Positions 23,346 to 35,623 of a stretch of 47,754 nucleotides of DNA are shown here, piece after piece. The position numbers and the translations under genes are program-made. This stretch comes from Catajapyx aquilonaris (Eukaryota): positions 1 to 47,754 of the forward strand of contig JYFJ02002979.1 in the NCBI GenBank assembly GCA_000934665.2, in the 5' to 3' direction. The notes beneath the pieces are model-generated. The model did no database searches. It saw only the letters and a list, made by a program, of their open reading frames with translations, and was not told the DNA's origin. The stretch's first letter is position 1; each line of letters starts with the position of its first letter.

Positions 23346-26300
23346 ATGGCACCCAAAAAGAAGCGTGGCAAGACCGGCCCATTAAGTGAGAAAGAGATGG
23401 CTAAAAAGGCAGCTAAAGCTGAGAGAAAGGCTCTCATGGAGGAGGAGAAGCGGCGGAAGAGACAGGAACTTGTCACCTCGTTTCTCAAGGTGCGAATCAT
23501 TTTTTAAATTTAGTAATGACAGTCTTTTATTATTAAAAATGAAACTTCCTTTGCAGTTCAAGTTTGATAAGGAGATGCAAATTTCAAAGCTTAATCATTC
23601 CAAACTGAATCTCCAATGGAGGAATTTACTCCGGGAAATGAAATCCCAGGAAATGAGTGACTCCATTGAGGTGATATTAAGTGCACTATCACAGTTGCAT
23701 TTCATTATTCTCAATATATTGTGCTTCATGATTAAAATTGTTTTAAAAATTTCACAGACAATTTGTCACCGCTTCAATGTGGCTGTGGATCATAAGAATG
23801 CAGTGATTGCTTACTTGGTACTGAATCTGCAACAATCTGATGAACAGCTGAATCGTTGCCAAAGGGGTCACATGGAGAGTCTCAACAATTTAATAAGTAA
23901 TGTATTTTAATGCCCATTTCAATGCAGGGGCTTTAGAAATAAGTAATATTATTCTTATTTATAAAAAAAATCAATTGTTGACTGCAGCACAAATCATTGA
24001 GGTCACTGTATTGTTACTGTACTTGAAACAATTCCAGGTAATAATTAAGGTCACTTACGTCAATATTGATACATGATATTAAATATAATTAACAGGAAAA
24101 TATTGAAAGAAGAATATGTGAAGACGAGAAATGTTAATGGATAGCAAGTATGTAAATGTTTATATTTGTATATACTCTGTCTAATCTGATTTTGTAGTGG
24201 AAGTACTACACGTTTCTTCCCACCAGCCAACCATGTAAATTCATATACATGATTGGCTAGTGGGAAGGAAGGGGTGGTACTTCCACTGCAAGGTAAGCAT
24301 AAAGGGCTTATATTACGAAGGCGTGTATTACTCATATTTGGTGAATAGAAAGTTTAAATTTCGAATTCAGATTGGTACAGCTTTCACGTTATTGTGTGTA
24401 CCTGAGGAGAATAAGCACGTTGGCGACTTTTCAGTGCTGCATTAATGGCTTTATAAGTGCTGCTGAGAAATATTTATTACCTACCAGTGCTTATCAATAT
24501 TATCTTCCACTTTTATTTGTTTTATTGCTCTCAGAGGTCTGGGTTGAAAGCTGTAGGTGGTTTTTTTCTTTACATTACTTTGTTGGGTGAACTGGGTGGA
24601 TGACTGGGGTGTCACTCCATGACACATGATAATATTTATGACCACAAGAACTTGCATAATGTGCATCACACTGAGGGGATGGACAGGCTCAAGGATATCA
24701 AGGCCTAATCGGAAAAAATTATTGCTCCAATCCAGTTGCATACACAACAAACCTATTTAAAAGCTAAATGAGTTGCAGCCATACTAATCATATGCCTACT
24801 GCAAAAAGTTATTGGCCACACATAATATAATGCAGTCAACTTGAGTCATGTTTAACACCATCATTCCAGGGTATTACATTATTACATGACCAAGCCCTGA
24901 GACATTCTTAAGGAGAAGAGTTTCATGATATTAATTATGACAATATTAGGCAATGTTTCAGTTAGAAGTAGCAATAATTTTCACAACAAATGACAGTTCT
25001 TTCCCATTTCGTGCACAGAAATTTATGAGACACGTATGGGAGAGATGTATAAAGAATACGAAGAGAGTCATGACATGCTCTATGATGAATTTGTGGAGGA
25101 GCGAGAGCAGATTGATGAAAATCATGCTAAAGCAACGGACACTTTGTTGGATGTGATGTATGTTCTGGATACCAAGTATGAGCAGTGGGAGAATGAATCC
25201 CGCCTTGAGTATCAAGCTCACAAGGATGCCGCCATCAACCAACAACTGGAAGAACGTACCACCTTAAAGATGTTGCTGGATGGGTCCATTGAGGAGATGT
25301 GGAACCGAATTCAAGACGCTCTGCGCAAGTACAAGAAGGACACAGAGGAGATCCAGAAAAGCTACGAGGAGCTTAAAAGCAAGGATGAGCGGGGAATGCA
25401 GGATATCACACGTTACATGGCACGAATACACAAACTCACAGACAACATTTCCATGCTTAGGTAAAATGGTTTGTTTCAGTAATTCAATTTGTGCTGATAA
25501 TCATGCTACTTAAGTGTTTGATACATAAATAATTAATATATGTACTGCTCTTCGCACAAGGGCTAAAATTGCTGATCATGATGACAAGAGCCAAAAACAC
25601 CTCCAGCGCCTGCGGATACAGCGAGATGCTCTCCGCTCAGACTTTAAGGCAGTGAGGACCAGATATGACAAGCAGCGTGCAGCTCATAGCGGACAGATCA
25701 CCTTCTTGTCTGAACAGGCCTCAAGGGCTCTGCAAAGGCTGGGAAGGTCAGAGGCCAGGGGCGAATGGATCCTTAAATCAGCTGAAATTTGTCGCAAATT
25801 TGAGATGGAAGAAGAGAAGGTGAATCCTTTTCCCCATGCAGAAGGTCAGGATCCTCTGCAGAAGGCTGTGGAGGAAGCAGCAAGGGAGGCAGCTCAGGCG
25901 GAGGCAGAGAAGGGGTCATTTTTAGACCAATGTCCCAAGGGAATGTCTTTGGTGTATGGGAAGTTTGTGCTAATGGAGCGCTTCTGGCAACGATACAACA
26001 AGGTGAGTGGCATTTCATATGGGTATACTTGTCACCTATTGCCGAATATGATGGAAAATGCTACACTTTATTGCTTGCTCAGGGTAAAGTCAAAATACAG
26101 TAAGCAACAAGGAAATAAGTGCGTCATTGCAATTCGACCCTTATTCATATACCCTCCACTCTTTTCCTACCAAACAGGTGCTCCTTGATACAGCAGGTTT
26201 TAAGAAGGAGCAAGATGTCCTTTTGCAGCACAACAAGAATCTGAAGGCAACAATGAGGCGCTTCCTGCGTGGCTTGGGCATAAGCGGCCGGTTTACAGAT

Positions 26301-26504
26301 GAGGGTAACACTTTGATGGTTGTGAACCACAAGCATCCTGCCCTTCTCAAAGATCTGGCTGAGGAGTACCAGGAAGAGCTTGCGGAGTTATCTGGAGAGG
26401 AACCTGAGCCTCTCCCTGAAAAACCAAGCCCACCGAAGCAGAAACAGGTCAAGCCAGTGGTCATTCAGGTCTCTGAGCACATGATCAAACATCTGATGCC
26501 TTAA
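23346..26504 (+). CDS. CCDC65: Dynein regulatory complex subunit 2 (CCDC65) (~535 aa)
   Basis: Exons 23346-23489, 23557-23670, 23758-23896, 25019-25460, 25561-26002, 26178-26504 (1608 nt). Matches recalled DRC2 motifs SFLK...SKLNHSKLNLQWRNLLREMKSQE, ILKSAEICRKFEMEEEKVNPF, FWQRYNKVLLD and RRFLRGLGIS. Confidence 0.88.
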
Positions 26505-26651
26505 CGGCTGTTCCTCCAGTTGACCAGTTGGTTGTCAATGTGTGGAAAATTCGACGAAATAAAGAGACAACGACCAGCTTGTTTTAACAATATTTTACTT
26601 TATTACTATCGGTACTGTATTGAACAGGGCGATACGGTCGTCCAGAGCCGA

Positions 26652-26699
26652 TGACGTCACGGTAAAGTCGGACGCGCCCTTTTCAATCGGACGCGCCCT
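26652..26699 (+). promoter_or_regulatory. Promoter elements upstream of the AidB-like gene: CRE plus a 13-bp direct repeat
   Basis: TGACGTCA 26652-26659. TCGGACGCGCCCT at 26668-26680 and 26687-26699. Confidence 0.5.
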
Positions 26700-26769
26700 G
26701 TGGACACAAACCTGTTGAGGGAGTGAACCTCTTTTTGTCTTTTAGTTCAGGTAGGAATCAGCTGAAGCC

Positions 26770-29700
26770 ATGTTGTCTGGTAGCCTTCGAAGAGTGGCGC
26801 CGTCTGCAGCTGGGCTCAGGCGCACCAAGAGCACCAGCCAGCCCAGAAATGTTCTGCATGCACCACGACCTGCTGAAGCTCAGCTGTCACCTTCAGCAGA
26901 CTCGTTGGAACAGCAGGCCACTGTTGCGTTGCCCTTTGCCAGGGCCAAGGTGGGACCCTTCTTCCAGGAGGCACCGAGACTGGAGAATGCGTACCTTGGA
27001 GATGCTTTTCTCAAGGGGTGGTTCAACCGGATCGTACCAAAAGAGGTGTGTGATGTGGCTTTTTTTCTCCATTTTATTGCTGAAGGACACGACAGGAATT
27101 GTGCCAGCATTGTAGGGTACTACGCAGCATGAGAACATTGCACTCTTGTTATCAACTTTAGTGCATGTAGTGATAATTTGTTACCTGCGATAAAGATTAA
27201 GAGGTCATAGATAAGTGTATTGTGTTCCATTTTTGGCACTCAGTGTTAGTATCAGGATCTAGTCAGATCAAGTGGTCAATATGCTAACAATATTAGTAGT
27301 ATTGTAGTATTAGTCGATGAATAAAGGCCATTTCACAAAAAAATGTCGCGCGGCAAACGGCGCGACTTGCGACAAATTTTTTATTTATATTTATTGTAGC
27401 CAACAATTGGCAACAATAAATATAAATAAAAAATTTGCCGCAAGTCGCGCCGTTTGCCGCGCGACATTATTTTGTGAAATGGCCTTAAAGTTGCAAAGTC
27501 TCATAGAAACTGACCATGTTGTGGCCTATCTTTTATATCAGTGGAAAATGACCTCTCTCTCTACTTCTGTGTCCAGAAATTGGTGGTTGTTGCAGTGTCA
27601 CATCCTCTAACGATGCTTCGTGGATGTACATAGGCTGAGAATGCCCAGAACGGTCACTTCTTGAAGCGAATCGGCCATTATCTTATCAATATTTACTGTT
27701 TGTCTGTTGTAAGCACTGTATCAGGTCTTGGACAGAGCCTTTGTATTGTTAGCAGCTTCTAATAATGATACGTCCACAGGTTTTGCAAGACATTGAGCCA
27801 GATCTGAAGAAATTTGGTGCCCGTGTTGCCACGGATATATACTCCCTGGGACGGGAATGTGAGCTCAATCCACCATACCTAAGACAATATGATGCCTGGG
27901 GAAACAGGATTGATGAAGTTGGTTAGTCTGTGCAGATGTTGAATCTGGTCAGTGTATTCTAATTTTGGAAATTCCTGGAATAGTGACCTGTGATGCCTGG
28001 AAGGCCATGAAAAGTGTGTCAGCTGAGGAGGGATTGATAGCTCTTGCTTATAAAAGGAACCATGGAGAGTGGAGTCGCCTTCATCAGCTGACCAAAATTT
28101 TTTTGTACCATACATCTTCTGGGTTATACTCCTGCCCTTTGGCCATGACTGATGGAGCTGCAAAAACTATAGAGGTATGCACTAAATCTGGCTCATGTTG
28201 ATTTTGATGGCATAGTAGAAATCTGCTCTTCCGCAACCTAAATATTTCTCAAGACACATTTTATGCCATCCAACCATGATGCCACTTTAGAGTGTCCTTA
28301 TTTTTTAGGTCAAGGAAGCTAAATGTTGCTGTGATTTTCACATATCATATGCATTTACTTTTAGGCTCTCAGTGCCGAGCAGTTACAATATGCTTATGAG
28401 CATTTGACAAGCCGTGACCCACAGGAGTTTTGGACTTCAGGGCAATGGATGACAGAAAGGAGAGGTAAATAGGAGACCTCATTTCCATACTGCATAAAGC
28501 AAGTGCCTAACACCCTACCCTGTCAAGGTCTCCAAGCAGCACAAGACCTGACATGCATATGTGAATACCCAAAGTGAATACCTTGATGCTGAAATTTCTA
28601 GAAAAATACTAACTCCATTAGAACTCCGACATTGCTACAGTTTCTGCTTGATTCACTAATCAAAAATAGCTGTGTCAGTGAACTGACTACTAGAATGAAA
28701 ATTTCAAATAGAATTGCACCATCTTTAATTTTTTTTACAAGCCTTGTACTTGCTCCTTCAGGAGGATCAGATGTTGCAAATGGTTGTGAAACACTGGCCA
28801 TCCCACAACCAGATGGGTCCTACCGCTTGTATGGATATAAGTGGTTCTCATCAGCCACAGATGCTGACATGAGTCTAACATTAGCAAGGATTGTTGATGG
28901 GAATGGGCAAGCCATAAAGGTAAACGCAAGTTAATTTTAAGCTAGCGCACTATGGCTACAAAGAGTACATCATTCAGTAAATACGTATGTCTGAGTTTAT
29001 ATGCCTACATGACTCAAGCGGATTTACTGATGGTTATAATGTTATGCAAATGAAGTAAACCAAGTCGTTCCTACCATGTTCTGGTGGTTAGCAACGTTTT
29101 CAGCACTGCTCAAATGTAGAGAAGCCTTATTTTTGGATCTTCTTCACATTGTTTATAAAGTGATATCCACACTTACACTATACAATAAACATCACTAACT
29201 TCAATCTTGTTTCACAGGGTACCAAAGGCCTTTCGATGTTCTTCTTGGAGACTCGTGACTCCCACAACCGATTGAACAACATCCAAGTGATGCGACTGAA
29301 GAACAAGTTGGGCACCAGGCAGCTTCCCACTGGTGAACTCCTTCTGGATGGTGCAGTTGCCCAGCTAGTATCTACTGAAGGGAGGGGTGTGGCCAGCATT
29401 GCCAACATGCTGAGCATCACCCGCATTCACAATGCTTCAGCCTCAGTTTCTGCCATGCGGAGGGTGTTAAGCCTGGCTAGGGATTACAGTCAGCGTAGGA
29501 CAGCCTTCCAGAAGACACTCAAAGATTACCCACTCCATCTGGCCACTCTGGCTGAGATGGAAATTGAGACAAGGGGTGGGACGGCATTGGTTATGGAAAT
29601 AAGCAGGTAGGAGAAAAATCTGTGGATCGAATTAGAGTGAAATGCTGCAAGCAGTGGTGGATCCAGAAATTTTTTCTGGGGGGTGGCACAAGGGTATAGG

Positions 29701-31774
29701 TGGGGGGGGTTATTGGGCCCACGTTTGTCGCAGTCAGAGGTGCACACAGAAATTTCTCTTGGGGGGTGTACGGCCCGCGCAGGCAAAATTTGTTTCGGTT
29801 CAAGGTCAAACCAAATTAGGTGAATGTAACTGACAAAGTACAGTGGAATCCTCCTATACCAGGGCTATTCAACTGGCAGACCGCGTTTTGTCCGGACCGC
29901 GATGATATACAGGACAGTTTGAAATAGCATTAGAAATTATTAATTCATGATTTTTTTGGAAAAAGTTCTACCAATTTTATCAAATACACACCCATTCAAA
30001 TCTCCCACTTTCACCTAAGCTCGTGTGACCTTCAACCACGCGTGCCCCCTAAATCCACATCTGGCTGCAATAAGGAACTTCTTGCTTGTGAGCCTCAGTG
30101 AATTGCTTCCAAGCAAGATGTTGCTGCTAGTATGTATGCCACACTAATGAGAGTAACACAGTGAATCCTGTCTATAAGAGTCATTCCATTTTGCAAAAAA
30201 TTTTCATGATGAACATGTTCAGTTATATGCAAGAGAAATACAATGAATCCAGAGCCAGTTATGTGCAGGTTTCACTATAATTTTTTGGAGGGTCCCAAAA
30301 TTCACTGTGCTCATAATATCCTCTTCAAAATACCAGGTTGTTGGGATTTATGGAAACTGGTCAGGGAACTGATCAAGACCACTTAGTCTTCCGCTTCTTG
30401 ACTCCAATTTCCAAGTTGTACACGGCTAAAAGAGCCATGTCAGTTGTGTCTGAGGGTCTGGAGTGTTTTGGAGGTCAAGGATATATAGAAGACACTGGAC
30501 TTCCTGGAATACTTCGTGATGCTCAGGTAGGTTCCACAGGGTATGAGATGTAAGATGTAAGATCTAGGCTGGTAGAGCCAACTAATGTAGTACAAGTTGA
30601 ATATTTCTCTTGGTGACAACTTGTTTACTGTTTACTAAAATACAGGTACTCCTTGTTTTATGCCTTTTTGCGACAGTTTCAAAATTACCTTTGAACAAAT
30701 TTTAATGGGGAAATTTAAAAAAATAACAAGACAATTTACACACAAACACGTCACTGCAGCACTTCTGAGTCCAAACACACTCCAGTGTAGAACTAGAGTC
30801 ACTTCTTTTATTTTTCGCTGCGCATTGTGGCAGGGTTTATAGTTATAAATTATACAGTGCTGTATTGTTGGTCTGTGCACTCTCTCAAGCACTGTACCCG
30901 TTGTCACAATGCACTATGTGTACTGCAGTTAAAAGGAACCCTCAGAACCTGATGATCTCAACCTGGAACTGCCCATTAAACATATGGATTAAATGTTTCA
31001 AATACTGAGCATTAAAAACAGCAATGTTAGTAATACTGTTTGTGGGAAAATTTTGACGTTTTTGAAATCTATCTCATTTACTTCATTATAATTTTGTTTT
31101 GTTTTACGCCGTTTCACTTTACACCGCATGTTGCTGGAAACGATCCCCGGTGTAAAACGAGGAGTACCTGCAGTGGCCTAGTAGATTTGCAAATTGTTAC
31201 AACACTTAAACCAGTTTGTATTTAATGTTTCTGTTTACAGGTAACCCCAATATGGGAAGGCACAACAAATATTCTTTCGTTAGATGTGCTAAGAGCTTTG
31301 GCAAAGACAAATGGTGAATCACTGGTAGCCTGGAACAGCCGCATGGAAGAAGGACTGAAGTTGCCTAAAAGCAATGCAAAACTGACTTTGTCTGCAGCCA
31401 AAGTTGAGAAGGCTCTTCATGACACACTAGCCTTTGTGCAAAGTAACCCCAACCCTGAGATTCTTGAGACTGCTGCTCGGGATCTGGCCTTTAGCATTGC
31501 TCACGTTACGATAGGTAAACACAAAGGCTGTGTGCCTTCTACTTAATTTGCTAATCACAATATTGATTTAGGTGGACTCCTCCTGGAGCATGCATCCTGG
31601 AAAGGTGCCTCTCCTTCAGACTACACTGCTGCTATTCGCTGGTGTGACAGAGACTTGTCACCAGTTGTCACCAATCACAGGAATGGATTGTACAAGAGGG
31701 AAGAAAACAGCATGACGAGAGACCTGGTGTTTGATGAGTACAAAGAAGAACATTTACTTAACAGGCTATCATGA
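26770..31774 (+). CDS. AidB / ACDH-11-like acyl-CoA dehydrogenase with predicted mitochondrial presequence (~640 aa)
   Basis: Exons 26770-27045, 27780-27921, 27984-28174, 28365-28464, 28762-28919, 29218-29606, 30337-30526, 31241-31514, 31572-31774 (1923 nt). Motifs [94 protein letters not shown]. Confidence 0.92.
27325..27485. mobile_element. Near-perfect palindromic PIF/Harbinger MITE (161 bp) with TAA target-site duplication
   Basis: AGGCCATTTCACAAAA.AATGTCGCGCGGCAAACGGCGCGACTTGCG... is mirrored at the right end (...CGCAAGTCGCGCCGTTTGCCGCGCGACATT.TTTTGTGAAATGGCCT). TAA at 27322-27324 and 27486-27488. Confidence 0.9.
29652..30277. mobile_element. Cluster of nested or truncated DNA-transposon fragments in AidB-like intron 6
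   Basis: CAGTGGTGGATCCAG terminus with G-tracts at 29652 (hAT-like). TA|CAGTGGAATCCTC at 29841 pairs imperfectly with GCAGGTTTCACTA|TA at 30277 (pogo/Tigger-like). CAGGGCTATTCAACTGGC at 29860 (Charlie-like). Confidence 0.5.
30643..31170. mobile_element. pogo/Tigger-like non-autonomous element (528 bp) in AidB-like intron 7
   Basis: TIRs CAGGTACTCCTTGTTTTA ... TAAAACGAGGAGTACCTG (17 of 18 match). TA on the left, CA (possibly a mutated TA) on the right. Confidence 0.75.
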
Positions 31775-32417
31775 ACTCTAAACCCTGGATAATCTAAGTT
31801 GGAAGGCACTAACAGCACATTCATTCAATGCCGTTATGTGCCTACCAGGTAAGCACCAGTTTTACAAAGCTACTGGTCAAAGTGAGTAGATCCAACTCTC
31901 ACTTCATATTATCATTTAACAAATCAATATGACCTTCTGCCAAATTGGTTAGCCTATGATTGGAACTGATATGATTAATGAATGGCACTGGACAACCACC
32001 CACCACAGTGAGCAGTTCACCTTGACCAAGCTCACAAGACCTTCGCCAAGGAGAATCATGTTCTCACTGCAATAGGGGGTGAAAATGAACAGTTTGTGCA
32101 ATGATGTTTTTTGTGGGAGCCAGTGTGTTGCGAAAGTATTAGGTCTGTAATTAATAAAATGGATCAAAGATAATGCCCTACATCTAGTGCCAGTACTAAA
32201 ACTGATGGAAAATAAGTTGATATATACAGTATATAAATAAAATCCTTAAAATATATTTTATCTCACTTCGTCATACACACATGTAATGGAAGAGTTGCAT
32301 TAAAAAACTCATGTTCAGTTGACTCTTGCCTAATTCACAGGAATGTTTTTCAAAATACGCACGTCCACAAACTGAATGTAGATGAAATGCAACTCTTCAG
32401 ATGTAAGTCTTCCATTC

Positions 32418-35027
32418 TCAGTAGGTCCAATAATCCATCTCCATTGCTTTTGGACGTTTGTGGTTGATGGGGCACTCTGCAATGCTCCTTCCTATTTCCT
32501 CCTTCATCATCTGTGAAATAATCAAGACATTAGTTTAGTTACAGAGAGCATCCAATAACAGTCACAATATTGACCCATGTTGATGGAGTCAAGCCATAAC
32601 CATTCAGCATTAAATGCAATTGCTCTAGAGGAGAAGACATTTGTTGACCCAGTTGTGCGTTGATATTAGTGTAGCATGTCTTCAGCACATCTGACCTTTA
32701 TTTTGACCAATATATTGTTGCCTGTGGTTCTACACAGTTTCAAGTATTGTGACTTTTTCCACAAATCTAACTCACCTCCTCAGCAGTGAGGTCAAGCAAC
32801 TCGTTTATATCCCACTCGACCTTGGGCATGGGCTGCTTGATGAATTTTGCTGCCGAGGCGACCTCTGGAATCAAGTGAGACTGCAGGCTCTGGATCTCCC
32901 ACAATGATGATTCCATGGCATGTGTGCGGGAAGGGTTGGGTTCCTCAGCCAAGAATGGGTCAGAAGTCATGTCAGAGTTAGTAGCACCTTTGCGATCAAT
33001 TAGGCAGAGGAGTCCTGAGTGTCGCAACAAGAGGTTCCCAATGAAGCGCAGCAACAGGAAGATTGCTTCAGGGGGGGACTGAAGACACAGGCGGGACATG
33101 CGCTTGGCAAATGAGGCTGCTACATACTCAGGAAGATGCCTGGAAAAAATGCAATAAGGTAAGAGCATACCAAACTGTACATCAATTATGTGCGGAAGCA
33201 ACCAATAAGCACTCACGTGGAGCTCAGGAAGATGTCTACCAGGTGGAAAAAACGTGAACGGTACTTTGTGTGAAGAACTCGTGGCTCCAGCAACGAGTAC
33301 AGTTTAGTGTAGAAGTCAGGGTATTCACTGCAAAATGAAATATCACATTATCATGTATAAAGAAGTATTCTGGGAAAATCAAGAGTGACCTGATTTTTGA
33401 TAACGCCACTTTACATGCAGCAAGATAGTATCAGTCGATGACTTATCAAAGAAGGCAGGTAGAGCAAGTGACCAACTCACAGGTTGTACTTCTGCATTAA
33501 AACAAAGACTCCTTGCAATGCCAGCACACTGGAGGCCCCTCCCATGTTGTAGGTGTCAATGAAGAAGTCCGCAAGGAGAAGTGGTGCTTCCAGGTGAGGC
33601 ATGATCTTGTCTGGCACCAGCACCAGCAAGGTCTTGGACACCTTTGGGGTCAGGCTCCACCTCACTATTGCAGGCCATATGTCCCGAATCATCATTGTTC
33701 CACTGCCAAACTTCGCTTTCAGATCGACACTGTTGTCTGATCCTGAAGAAATTCAATGGCATGAAATAAAACAGCCATGATTTGCAGTAACACATGCAAA
33801 TACCTTACCCTGGGGAAGACATATCAACTTGGACGATGGCTTCTCCACGGTGTGTTCTGTGCACACTTGCCCCAGTAGCAATAGAACATTAAGCATGAAC
33901 TCTTCGGTATGGTTATCACCCTTTTCTTGGAGACAGGACTGCACTGCCTTCAGTACGCATCTCTTGACATCATCATATTTGGTGTATTCTTGCATCTGAC
34001 GAATCAGTGGCTGCTTGTTGTCATCAGACATCAGTTGTGACACTATCAGCTGTAGAGAAATGTTTCAAGCGTTACTTGTGATCCAAAAAAACCCCATTTA
34101 CTCACTCCATATAGATATGGACAGTGGATTAGTGACTTCCACCATGACAAGTATTGCATCAAATACTTACACACCACCTCTCCAGTGAGCACCGACATCC
34201 TGTCTGTTTTTTCCTTCTGCTTTTTGCCTCCTCTACAATCAATCGTAGCAGTACTCCCATTGCCTTCTCCTGAACTCGGGGCTCCGTGTGGCCAAGCAGC
34301 AATGAAATCCTTTCGAAGGTTTCAGTGTATCGCTCTCGAATCCATTTGATAAACTCTTGCTTGGCTTTCCCATCTGAAAGTGCATGAAGCAAACTTGTAC
34401 AGGATGATTCTTATGTCAATTCAACTTTATAACATTGGACCTGACTTGGACGAATTAAACACTGAAACACAAGGTATTGGTCATATATTGAGGCAACTGC
34501 CAGTGACATTTTCCGAAGCAGCAGAAGAAGGAATCAAAGATAAGCATGCTACAAGCCGGGCGAGCAAGATTCCTTCTTCTGCTGCTTCGGAAAATGTCGC
34601 TGGCGGTTGCCTTGATATGACCAATACTGTACAGTACATGTAGGAGTCCTTCTCCTGGTCATGACTGAACTAGTCTGTTGTGAACATTATCATGCTGTAA
34701 AGTGCACAGTCTATCTCCGTGTATGTGCTGCGTACCTTTATTAGTGGTCCTGACAGCCCCGACCTTGATCATTTGCAGGCACATTTTCTGGAGGGCCTGG
34801 AGGCACTGCAGGGTGACCCCTTCCTCCTCCTGGAAAAGGGACACATCATATTATAAATAGTGGCCACACATTGCCCGCCGCCACCTTCTGTCCCGTGTCC
34901 AACCAACCTCCAGGTAAGTCAGCACGTCGATGATGTTGTTCGCATGCTGCTTCCCCGCCCCAAACTCCTCGCATTTCCGCTTTATCTCCTCCACCAGATC
35001 GGACCTCACCTTCGCGGACTCTGCCAT
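32418..35027 (-). CDS. NOC4L: Nucleolar complex protein 4 homologue (CBF/Mak21 domain; ~495 aa)
   Basis: Exons 35027-34908, 34829-34736, 34373-34171, 34049-33809, 33742-33481, 33327-33217, 33139-32776, 32510-32418 (1488 nt). Motifs LADFFIDTYNMGGASSVLALQGVFVLMQKYNLEYPDFYTKLYSLL, FLSSTHLPEYVAASFAKRMSRL and AMESSLWEI. Confidence 0.93.
34472..34629. mobile_element. Fold-back MITE, copy 2 (NOC4L intron 2)
   Basis: Long inverted arms GTATTGGTCATAT..GAGGCAACTGCCAGTGACATTTTCCGAAGCAGCAGAAGAAGGAATC / GATTCCTTCTTCTGCTGCTTCGGAAAATGTCGCTGGCGGTTGCCTTGATATGACCAATACTG followed by TA. Related to 13363-13522. Confidence 0.75.
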
Positions 35028-35469
35028 TCCTGGTCGACTCCTGGTCATCGTAAAAGCAGCGTGGTCGAGAGACGATCGCAATAGCACGACAATCGACACT
35101 ATCATCCGCGCTCTTTTCAACCCGGTAAGTGCTCTTGTGACTTTTATGAAATAATAACTGTAACATCCAGTATGAATTCCGACTACGTCATACAATGATA
35201 CACATGTGAAATACTTATGAACTTTGATATTTTATAGGTCGCCATTGACTTTTTACATAGGGGTTTTCACAAATTTTGTCTGGAACACTACTGTTGTCAC
35301 TGCTTTTCTAATACAGTTGACTCTGGATATAAGAATTCAAGGGTCTGTGGAATCAGTACATTTAGGTTTATTAAGAAGAAGCCAAAGCAATTATGGCAAT
35401 CTGGCTATGAAAGTAGCAAAGGTGGGACAGATGGAGAGAGAAACGAAGTGGAAAAAGAAGAAAGGAAAG

Positions 35470-35557
35470 ACTGGTATCTTTCTTAGTCTGCCTTCTATTC
35501 CAAAGACCTGCCCGACTTGGGTGGCCCTACCAGTAGACGAAGCTGCTGCCGGCATTA
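35470..35557 (-). mobile_element. Short fragment resembling the 5' region of an RTE-clade non-LTR retrotransposon, or a SINE derived from one
   Basis: CTTTCTTAGTCTGCCTTCTA...GACCTGCCCGACTTGGGTGGCCCTACCAGTAG...CTGCCGGCAT resembles a motif I recall from arthropod RTE 5' ends. Recognition is from memory only. Confidence 0.4.
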
Positions 35558-35623
35558 AATCAGTATGTTATACCGAGAGGCTGTTATATCCAGAGGCAAC
35601 TGTATTTTTCCAGCATGTATAAT

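Noticed and set aside
8325..31774. Functional metabolic cluster (ALDH7A1, ERAL1, ASPDH, AidB-like)
   Set aside because: The genes are interspersed with unrelated ones and share no single pathway. Housekeeping-gene density explains the proximity unless conserved synteny is shown.
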